64,000 nt of DNA, from contig NC_092676.1 in NCBI RefSeq assembly GCF_964355755.1, forward strand, positions 27,670,871 through 27,734,870, written 5' to 3'. Every line of letters starts with the position of its first letter. Positions within the stretch are counted from its first letter, which is position 1. The translations under genes and the position numbers were made by a program. Below the pieces are notes generated by a model. It saw only the letters and a list, made by a program, of their open reading frames with translations. It searched no databases and was not told the DNA's origin. The DNA comes from Antedon mediterranea. Taxonomy: Eukaryota; Animalia; Echinodermata. Of this stretch, positions 24,361 to 36,400 are shown one piece after another.

Positions 24361-24884
24361 AATCAAATCCAAAGGCTGTGGGTCAGTGTCTGGATCTCAA
24401 TGATGAACTTACAAAATAAAATAAACTAAATAAAAACGAGAAAGTAAAACAGACAGAAAATTAGCAGAGCTTTCGGGAAACACTAGCCCTTTCGGTTTCA
24501 AGTGATATATATATATGTATTTAGGTAGTAGTAGAGGCCTAAGGTTTATTCATAATTAAAATATCATCTTATTGACACTACAGTTAATTAGATTGGTTTA
24601 CCTCCTAGTAGATTTAACAGTTTTGTTTTGAGTAGTACTAGCTAGTCGCATACAGCAGGGAAATGTGTATAAACATTGGAATACAATTGATGAACAGAAT
24701 CGATGTTGAAGAGATTGATGAATGCATTAAACATGTTAACGTCGACGACTATTACGACCGTTGCTAGACAACTAACGCTTAAGAAATCCATCATCATCCA
24801 AAGTGAGAAGAAGATATTAAGGGATCCTCTCGACTCAAATAAATAAGGGTTCTCCTTGAAATTCAGATTCGATTTTTCGGTTGA

Positions 24885-25157
24885 GAGGGGAGAGGAGGAA
24901 GGAGGAAGATTGAGGAGAAGAGAGGGAGAGGAGGGAAAGAGAAGGAGAGGATGAGGAGGGGAAGAGAGGGTGAGAAAGGAAGAGGAAAGGGTGAGGAGTG
25001 AGAGGAGGAGGGAAAGAGAAGGTGAAGAGGGACATTGAGGAGAAGAGAGGACGAGGAGGGAGGGGGGGGGGGCGGAGGAGAAGAGAGGGGGAGGAGGAAG
25101 AAGGGGAAGGGGGAAGAAGAGAGGAAGAGGAGAAGAGAGTGGGAGACGATGGGGGAA
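24885..25157. repeat. Purine-rich (GA) low-complexity tract
   Basis: ~270 bp almost entirely G/A on the + strand, including a long G run. Confidence 0.9.
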
Positions 25158-25559
25158 TGAATGTTTAATGCTTACAAATACTAAATTAATTACTGAAATT
25201 AAACATGTTATAATATTATTTTTTCCTGTTTATTTCTCTTGTATTCATGTACAATTATTACACTATTTTCTAAATCTAAAGTTCCTTACACCACTGTCCT
25301 GCAGTAGACTTTTGCTTTTATTACAAAGTATATATTATTTCAATTTTATTTACACAAAAATAACATAACCATATTTAATAACATAACATAACCATATTAC
25401 ATAACATAACCATATTACATACATAACCATATTTAATAACATAACATAACATAACCATATTTAATAACATTTTAAACAGCAGAACCTTGTTTACTGTATT
25501 GCACAGAAAAATATTTGTTCCATTACTCTTTGTTCCAAAACCTCATTTTAATGTTTGAT

Positions 25560-26190
25560 GCTGTGATATTATAGTACACACACTAGCAATGCAAGCTGTG
25601 ATATTATAGTACACACACTAGCAATGCAAGCTGTGATATTATAGTACACACACTAGCAATGCAAGCTGTGATATTATAGTACACACACTAGCAATGCAAG
25701 CTGTGATATTATAGTACACACACTAGCTATGCAAGCTGTGATATTATAGTACACACACTAGCAATGCAAGCTGTGATATTATAGTACACACACTAGCTAT
25801 GCAAGCTGTGATATTATAGTACACACACTAGCAATGCAAGCTGTGATATTATAGTACACACACTAGCAATGCAAGCTGTGATATTATAGTACACACACTA
25901 GCAATGCAAGCTGTGATATTATAGTACACACACTAGCAATGCAAGCTGTGATATTATAGTACACACACTAGCAATGCAAGCTGTGATATTATAGTACACA
26001 CACTAGCAATGCAAGCTGTGATATTATAGTACACACACTAGCAATGCAAGCTGTGATATTATAGTACACACACTAGCAATGCAAGCTGTGATATTATAGT
26101 ACACACACTAGCTATGCAAGCTGTGATATTATAGTACACACACTAGCAATGCAAGCTGTGATATTATAGTACACACACTAGCAATGCAAG
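25560..26190. repeat. 35-bp minisatellite, ~18 near-identical copies
   Basis: Unit gctgtgatattatagtacacacactagc(a/t)atgcaa. Confidence 0.95.
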
Positions 26191-27440
26191 ACTGATTGAA
26201 ACATCTCAAACAAAATCTAAGTCTGCTTTAACAGATAAAACAGAGCAGTAGATTTCATTACCCAAAATAAAAGCACATTGTAAAAATGTAGGGGTCGTGG
26301 TTCGGACCCAATAGCCACCCTCTGAAAATCTACCTATACAAGACACTCCATTTCAAATGTTCAATAGTTAATATCAGTGAATTGGTTTTGGTATAATATA
26401 TTGGCCCCAATACACAGGCAACATAGGTAAATTATAAAGGTATTAACTGTTAGGAGATCATTGTAATAAGCCTCAGCATATTATGTATTAAGGTCGGCAG
26501 TCTTATCCACGCCGCCCTATCCTCTCTAGAATTTTTAAATCAGGTAATTTACACCCGAGTGGCATTGAACCCAGGGATTTCTGTATAAAGTGTGCTATAC
26601 TCACACTCACCTACCACAACTCTTAAATATGTTGTTTACAGGGATATCGCGTGCATTTACCATAAAGATTATAATGCCCGCAAAAGTAATAAAATAAGCA
26701 ATATAATTTCAAATTTCAATGTTTTTCCCTAATAAACTCTACGTTATTCATCATAAAATTATACAATGACTTTTCCATATGTGAATACGATATAACTATA
26801 CATGTACCCATTTTATCTGCATATAAAATGTCTATAAACAAAGTCTAAACATTGGTATTATTGCAAAACTGTATTGCTTAATAAACTGTTCGTTGCTATG
26901 TACAGTATATTCATATCCAATTGCTTTATTAACTTCATATCGATTTTAAACATTTTACAGCCATGAACTATATCAAAACATATTGCACTGTGTCATCTGT
27001 ATTTTTTACGAGTTGATGCATATTAGTTTCATTTTCTATTTTATCAAATATTAGTGCAGCAAATGCATACAGAAATTATTATATTTGTATTGAATTTACA
27101 ATACAATAAATCTATGTAAACAAAAATATTACAATTAATTAAATTAATGTTTGAAGGTTTGCAGGGCGAAATTAATATGTTGATATAAAGTTTACGGTAC
27201 ACCACGTATGTAGTTCTGAAAAAGAACTATCGACTTTCTCAACGTTTCGATTGATATATGCTTCGATCTTCCCTGGGACACGTATGTTTCAATGTACCTG
27301 TACCGCGACCATTATAATCAATAAAATTATTATACCAGTATTTATTGTTCAGTATTAAAAGAAATTCTGGTTAGGTTCTGCACCGTTAAAACATGCGCAC
27401 TTTTGTTTAATTTTGATTTGTGATTTTTGTTATTTCTTGT

Positions 27441-30400
27441 TTACACCAACTGTTCCCATGAATCAGCATTCCAGGTCAGTATATAATAAGCATTATTACT
27501 ATCATGAACTTTGACACCTGAGGGGCAATCTGGGAATCCTGCAATCAAATTATGAAATCCTTTCCCAATCGTAACGAGAGAAGTCTTGCTCGGCGTTTCA
27601 AAAATATCCAATTCTGATTGGTCACATTCATCGTGTTCCTCATCCGGCGATGTTGGGTGTTGGGTAAAGCGTATAGGCAGGATGGATTTGATTGGTCCAC
27701 GATGGCATTGGACGGTAGTGATTGGTGATAGGCTAAGGGAATCAGCAATTATAAGGCGCCCCCATACTGTACCGATGTATAAATGGTCTTTTATTAGACA
27801 CATTGATGACACCTGACATTGATTAGCTGCAAAAAAAAAATAAAAATACAGAATGCCATTTAAGAACTAATTTGACAAAAAAAAGTGTGATATGCCCAAA
27901 TATGGTAGTGATATGCTTAAATATGGTAGTGATATGACATCATCATGTCTATATATGAGCACATTACATTTTTTTGTCATATAAAGTTTGATAGTGTAGA
28001 CAGAGCTTCTTGTACATTATATTTACCACTAAGTCTTTTGATAGTGTCTTCACCATCAGCTGTTACACCATCATTGCACAAGATTTCAGCCACGTCCAAT
28101 TCCTCCTCCATCTTTCTGGTTTCCACTGTCCAACGGTAAACTGACGTACCTGTGTGAAAATAGTTACTAAACTGTTTTTTTATGTACCGATATGAAAATG
28201 TATATAGTATAACTCCTCTTTTTGGACACACCCATTTCAGAGGAAACACCCATTTCAGAGGAAACACCGATTTCAGAGGAAACCCCCATTTCAGCAGAAA
28301 CCCCAATTTCAGAGGACACCCCAATTACAGAGGACACCCCCAATTACAGAGGACACCCCCCATTTCAGAGGACACCCCTCATTTCAGTAGACACCACCAT
28401 TTCAGCAGAAACCCCAATTTCAGAGGAAACCCCCATTTCAGAGGACACCCCCATTTCAGAGGACACCCCCATTTCAGAGGACACCCCAATTTCAGAGGAC
28501 ATCAGCATTTCAGAGGACACCCCCCATTTCAGAGGGGATTTTTTCCTGGAAATGAATGAGAGAGAATGATTGTATTAAACTTACAGCAAACCACTATTAA
28601 GGCTATTATTTACACAGATGAGCAGTTGGTGTAAGCGGGAAACCTGGTAGCTTGTCCAACGTAGAATCTTTATCTATCCTAAGCGGGTTTCCACTCAACC
28701 GCATCGTCTGGTCCATGTTATATTTAAATGGTCATAAGACAAATAGCATAGATTCTATATTTTGGTTACGTTTTGTTATTACTCGTCTGTGTAAATTGGC
28801 CTTTAATGGAAACTTCTGTTGAAGGTATTAAACTGAAATACATAAGAAGTCACTACTTAGAAGCATTGCACACACCTGGGTGAACATAAGTCCAGACATA
28901 GTACAGTCCAAGCCTCTCTGCCATCTGGATGTCATAAGCAACCATGATATCTACACTCGATACCTCCAAAGGTTCTTGAAAGTGTTTCACAATTTCCACA
29001 TCCATCGACAAATCAAACTCTCCAATATTCAGGATACTTACAGTTCCACCAGGATTACCACACCATAGTTCAATGACCCTGCAAAAGATTATGCAAATGA
29101 TATATGCAAATTTATTTATATTTACAAAGAATAGACTGTACCATTATTTCTCAAGGGGTTCCCTCCAGGTGAAGAAAATGTAAACATTTTTTTATTCAGT
29201 TTATTTAAAGACGTATTGTCTCCCAAAAACATGAAAAATGAAGATTAATAAAATCAGATTTTTAATAGGGTATTTTAATCAGTTAATCACTTCTGCAATA
29301 AAGAAAATAATGTTTTCACTTATAAAAAGACAAAACGGTTTTTTAGGTAAATAATTGTTTTTTTCTCGATCCAATTTTTGGTCAAAGTGAATTACAATTA
29401 TGGACCATCAAAATGGCATATCAACAGAAAAATTTGAAAAAAATAATTTGTCAGGGGTACAATATATCTTTACGGTACTAAGTAAACATTACCTTTCACA
29501 CTTGAACGAGTTTGGAGCCAAGGCTAATGACGTAACCGGTGCACCAACATAACGATACGTGAACACCTCTTGTGGTTGTATGTCACCGTCGCCCTCGTCA
29601 AAGACGATGACGTAGCCCGAGTCCGTTGCAACCACCATCTGCTGTTGCAGGGCAATGTGTACCATCGCCGTGGCAACATGATTAATGTCATCATCACTGG
29701 TTGGTGGAATTCGGAACCTTGCAACCTGCTCGTTGTTAGAAACACTATAAGGTAATAACAATTAATATTTATTGTTGCTTATTGCCTAAAAATGCTGACA
29801 ATATTAACAGAAAATTAGATATCACTTTTTTTTTTCTTTTTCATACACATCCAACAGCAAGTACTGGATGGACAAACTATTTAATAATTTATCGTGCTTA
29901 TAAACTAAGTCTCATTTGAGGCTTATGTACACATTTGTATATATGGAACAAATAAAGACTTGATTTATATTTTTCAAATTCTAAGATAAATTATAGTCTA
30001 TATCCATCGTGTGGTGAGTCTTTAAAAAAGATCCTTCTAGTGTGTGAACAGAGCTTACCTGTATACAACCAACACTCCAATAGATAGGCTGAGCCAGACT
30101 GTGAAACTATCTGAAGAATAACACATACACACAATAGAAGCATTGCTGGAAGTAACATTCACATTTTCCTCCTGGACACACTTCTCGGAGTATGTGAGGA
30201 TCTGGACATTGGCATTGGAATGACTGATCCAGATATCGGTGTCAAGAACGTTTAGTAATCCACCTTCACCTGTGAAAATAAAAGAGAAAAACAACAGTGA
30301 ATAATATATATTAAATTATATTATATAACACCTAAATAAATTCCTGTCATTTGATTGGACGATTGTGGGTCACATGGCGTGCAATAGTACGCACTTGTAT

Positions 30401-33400
30401 AATATAGAGGGTTTATGAATTTGTTGGTTATAAATATTTTTTCTATTGCATGGAGACATATACAAGGGTTATCAAAATGACCTGAATGGTACTTGGAAGG
30501 TGTTAAACCTAGAGTGGGGTACTGCCTTGGGGCAGGGATCATTCTTAGTAATATATATCAGTGTATTAATTATAGTAAAGTAAAGCTCTGTCTATACTAT
30601 CAAACTTTATGTGAAATAAAATGTGATGTATCACTACCATATTTGGGAATATCACTACCATATTTTGGCACATCACACTTTTTTTCAAACTAGTTTGATA
30701 ACATGTAGACAGAGCTTTAGGTGAGATCATCACAAGACTGGCAACATGTGAACCAATATTATTGATGTGTACTTACTTGTACTACTCAACTCTGAGGGCG
30801 CCGTAATGCTGCAAGCGGCTGCGACGTCGATCTCCTCATCAAGAGACAAGACCTCGTGTAAGTTGGCAAACTCTGGCATGGATGCTATCTGGTGAACCTC
30901 CTGCATGCTTGGACGTTCTCTTGGATCTTGGGCCCAGCACCAAACCATCAAGTCTAAGATGTAGACAGGGTAAGATTGCTCCTAGACAGAAAAAAAACCC
31001 CAATAATAATGTTGATGTTGTTTATATTTATATAGCACTTTTAACAATCAGCAAATTTCAAAAAAGCTTAGATTAGATTTGATTGCAAAAAGTTCTCCAA
31101 TAATATTTGGAAACTGAATTTTTTTTGTAGAACTGATTAAATATAATAGTTTACCTTTCTTGTAAGGATTGGTCGTTCTCCATCTTTGATTAGCTGTTTA
31201 ATGACCTCTGACAAGCGCCCTCTGTTCTTTCCAACTTGGCTTTCAAAAGGTCTCTGCATTGACATCAGTTCATACATGAACATACCAAATGAGAAACAAT
31301 CAACCTGAAATCGTAAGCATCATCATACTATAATACCCTGTTCTCAAGTATGTTGCGCTCACATGAATTTTAAACTATGACATTAGAAGCTCTCTTTTGG
31401 GACACCTGTATTAAGGAGACACTTAGCTGTGAAATGAATAAGGGGGCCATATAAGTTTTAACACTATGGTCAACCCTTATTGAGGGACACAATTTAAAGG
31501 ACACTGCTATTAAAGGGACACCACTATTAAACGAGGGGACACCAATATTAAACGAGGGGACACCCCTATTAAACAAGGGGACACCCCTTTTAAACAAGGG
31601 GACACCACTATTAAATGAGGGGACACCACTATTAAACGAGGGGACACCCCTATTAAACGAGGGGACACCAATATTAAATGAGGGGACATCACCAATAAAC
31701 AAGGGGACACCGCTATTAAAAGGACTCTATTAAGGGACACCACTATTAAACAAGGGGATACTACTATTAAACGAGGGGGACACCACTATTAAACGAGGGG
31801 GACACCACTATTAAACGAGGGGACACCATTATTAAACGAGGGGACACCATTATTAAACGAGGGGACACCATTATTAAACGAGGGGACACCATTATTAAAC
31901 GAGGGGGACACCACTATTAAACGAGGGGGACACCACTATTAAACGAGGGGACACCATTATTAAACGAGGGGACACCATTATTAAACGAGGGGACACCATT
32001 ATTAAACGAGGGGACACCATTATTAAACGAGGGGACACCACTATTAAATGAGGGGACACCACTATTAAAGAGACACCCCTATTAATGGTGTTTATATACA
32101 GTATCTGTATAAATATTTTGGGTTATTCTATTTTGTGTATGGGTATACTAAACAAAAAATTGACTGTACCTTCTCTGTGTAAGTCTCTTTTCCTTCATAT
32201 TGTACAATCTCCGGTGCCATGTATCCAGGTGTCCCACCATATCCTTTGGTTCCGGATGGCAGCGTTGACACGCTTATACCATAGTCAGCAAGTTTAACTT
32301 GTACATACTCACATGGAAGAATTAAGTGTGGTTCCGGAAGGTTCCAAACAAGAACGTTCTCTGCTTTCAGATCTCGGTATATGATGCCTTTTTGGTGAAG
32401 GTAGTCAACCGCTGATGAGACCTAAAAATAATTAATTTTTATTTAATCATGAATTTACAATATTATTTTTATCATTTGATACAACCGGAACAGTAACAAA
32501 CAGACGTAGTAAAGTTTTATAAATGTTCTACACACATGCTAAAGAAAGTCCTAGATGTCATTTTGAAGATGCTGCATATATAGATAAGAGGATTATGGTT
32601 AAATTGACTAAAGTAGAAGCCCATAAAATAACAAATATAACATCCTTACCTGAACAATAATCTGCTGTATGACTGGAGATGTCAATCTAGCACCAACTCT
32701 TTTATAATCTTCTAACCGTGCGTCTAACGAACCATGTGGAGCCAGCTCTAATATCAGACACATGGGTTGGCGACAGAAAGCCAACAGCGGTACAATATTT
32801 GCGTGCTCTAAAGTCATGATGATAGACAGTTCTTTACGTGCGGTATGGTACGCTTCACAAGAATGACGCAGAGGGTCTCGGTGCCATTTGGCGTCATTCA
32901 TTTCGTACCGCTGTTTTATTGTGTTGGTTGCCGCATGACCTGGTGGATACGGTTGAAGCATTTTTATGGCAACCGGTACCTCGCTCATCAACTCCTCCTG
33001 AATCATGTGACCTTTGTAGACGAATCCAAAGCTACCGATGCCAAGAAGTTTTGCGACCTCAAGGTTGGACTTGTCCACCAGTTTACCAGGACCGAGATCA
33101 TAGTACACCTGAAAGATACAAACTTAAATCAGTATTCAACATACTAATATTACATTAATATTATACTAATATATTTTCATGAAAAGTATATACTAATTAT
33201 GTACATTTTAATTGTTACAGTAGTTGAACCTGACTGAGGGAATACTGTATATAAACCTATGTTATTCTGCAGACATATAGAAACCAACTTGCCTATTCTA
33301 AACTTAGAACCAGGCCTTGTTTTTTTTTAAATTGTAGATGTGCTACAAATTGCACTCCTCAATACATTCTAGTGTGCTGTAGGTGTGCCATTTGTATTTT

Positions 33401-36400
33401 GGTGTGTAGAAGTTTACCAAATTTAAGTGTGTTGTAAATCACACTCCTCCAGGATTGTATTCACTCACCTCAAAAGAAAAGGCCTGTAGTTCTATACTAC
33501 ATGTAACACAATTATTTATTGCAGGGCCAATGATTAGGAAACTTTCGATTTGTGACAACCTATGACCTAAGATCTAGTTACTTAATGCATTATGTGCATA
33601 CAGGGCTGCACTTCCTCGAAACAGTTTTAACAGAAGTCCAGGCAACGACACAACATGTAGAGGTCCTGGGTCATTGCAAATTAAAAACTCCCTTTTGCTA
33701 GACAACAAGAAAGGTTACAATTACTTACCACATCAGGAGCGATATCCTTTAACAGAATCCTACCATGATTTGGACACTTGACTTCTTCATACTTCATTCC
33801 TCTTAGTACCAGCTCCTCAAACAGAAAACCATAAACTTTATATTGTGGTTCAGTATCACTGAAAGACCCGAGCCTAAAACATGCTGAAAATTCTAATGAT
33901 TTCCTTTCTTTGTCTGGTGTAAGCGATGTCGGAGTTTGGCTTGGTGTTGACTTGGGAGAACGTCTCTTTTTTGCCTGGTTCTCATCAACATTCGTTTGCA
34001 AAGACTGTTCCGGAAGAAGCAACCCTCCGACTTTTTTCTTTACTGATAACCTGACAGATTTTTCCATTGTTGGATTCTGTACAACTACTTCTGGTGTTTC
34101 TCCTTGAAGTTCTGGTGCGTCAATACCACTATCGTAATTCTCCGTCGCAATTGAATCTTTACTAGATTTCTTTTTAAGATTTACGTTATTTGGAGTCCTT
34201 TTAAGAGACTGATCAAAATTTGTAACTTGTAAATCAAGCTTTCCATTAATCGGTGAACTAATCGTGCCGATTGTGTTCTCTTTCTTTGATTTGTACAGGA
34301 TTTTTGGGCAGCGTTGTCGTAGAATACTTTGGATTTCTGTTTTCGGTGTTCTTCTAACAGGTTTTGGACTGACACCTTCTTCGTGGAGAGCTTGTTGGAG
34401 ATCTGCAGGATTCCAGTCAACAACCTCCCATTCTGTATCATCAACATCTGCAACTTCAGATCTGTTGTAGTCAATCCAGCAATGAATACATGGCACAATA
34501 CGCGTGATTAAGAGTTCTCCTTCAAACGTTTGTCCAAGAGGTTCATAAAGAGTTGGATAAAAGTTTTCAAGTAAAACATCCAGCAGATCAACAATGGCGG
34601 CAAGGAGTCTTGAAGCAGTTTCTAACGATGGAAGCAGTTCGATATTTGAACCAGAACTGGATATGGAAGAACCTGAGCTTGATGCTGCCATTGAAGGTGT
34701 CTTTAATGGTACCTCTTTTTGTACAGATAAAATCTGGTTTGGAATCAAAATTTCTAGCTGGCCAAGTCGTGACGTTGAAACTGATCTATCCTGACCATCG
34801 ATTGTACTCACTAGAACTTGAACAGTATCTGGTCTTCTATCCTTCTTAAAAACACAGCCTAACAGCGACTCTTTTATAATTTCTTTTACATGGAATAATG
34901 GAACACCATGTAAGGACAGTTCAATGCCTGTTTGCCAACACATCCACTTTAGTCCTGATGACCATTTCTTGTGGATATCTTCATCGAAGGTTTCATCAGC
35001 ATTTTCAGGTAATGAATAAAGAGTCTCTATGATGCTATAGAGGATCTGATCTGAAAGGAATCTGCTGATTACTCTAGACCAAAACCCGCTTGGAATGTAC
35101 TGTAGGAAGAAAAGACGTCGGATGACCGCGTAAGGATTCTCACCAGCGTGAAGACTGAATCCTGGACTTTCGGTTTCTGGAATTGGCTGAGCAGAAAACA
35201 CAGCTTGATACTGATCGGCTGAGTTTTCATCAGCAGTCCTACGAACCAAAATTGGGCTTGTCATGCGGGGACGTTTGTTTTGTGGGAAGAGCGTCTTGAA
35301 TCCATTTCTCTTTCCGCCATCTTCTGGTGCAGCTGGAGAACTGAACCGTGATGACACCTCTTGAGCAAGTGCAAGTATGGAGGAGGTGGTTGTCTGGAAG
35401 AATGTCTGGTCTTTTTCTGGTGCAGGTTTTGGGCTTGGTAAGTGCAGTGACTTTGTTGCAGGTCTGGTGATCTCTACTGGTGGTGGAAGTGGCTGCAGTA
35501 GCTAAAAAATAGGATTTATTTTCAAAACTGAGGTTAAAACGTAGGATATTTTTATTGATAATATTGAGTGTATTCGATTAGAATCAGTACTTGATTATAC
35601 AAGCTTGTTTGATGAGAACTAACTTAACATTGAGTACTTAGATAATAGAGTATTTAGAATATTAAGTCCCTATTTGAATATGCCAATTTATACACTAAAA
35701 CCCAATTTACACAGACGAGCGGTAACGGTATTAAAAATATATGTTATTCCTTTATTACCATTTACACACAACGAGAAACGGACGGGCGGTTTCTGCTTAG
35801 GATAGATACATATTCTATGTGGGACAAGCTACGTGGTTTTCTGCTTACCGTATTATTGAATATTATTTTAAGAAGATGCAATTATAAGGATAGTAAATCA
35901 GTCCATATAAGGATATTAAATCAGTCCATATAAGGATATCAAATCAGTCCATATAAGGATATTAAATCAGTCCATATAAGGATATTAAATCAGTCCATAT
36001 AAAGCCAATGAATACTTTTGAATTGTACAATGTTTTAAGGTGCTTTTAAAATGTGACTGAGCACACAATTTCTTGACTTTAATAGACCATTTGCAATGCT
36101 ACATTAAATTACTAATACCTGTTTGGTTATATTGATGTTGTCTCTGTTCACTGGGATACAGATCATCTCTCCTTCTTGCGGCAGCAGCGATGGGATGAGC
36201 AGATGCTCTGTGTCAAATGCCACAGCGACCTCAAACTTGTTCAGAAGACTCAAGATGTAGTGTCGAACTCCAGACGATTGGAATTTCATTTTTAAGTCAT
36301 CAATTTTCATGACACCTGTGAGGAAAATAAGCAACAATCACAAAATGTTTCTTTAACAAAAGTTCATAAAGGTTGAGAATAGTACTTTTAAGTTTGTTTC

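Noticed and set aside
25560-26190. 35-bp repeat array as a CRISPR array
   Set aside because: Units are contiguous with no unique spacers, there are no cas genes, and the context is eukaryotic.
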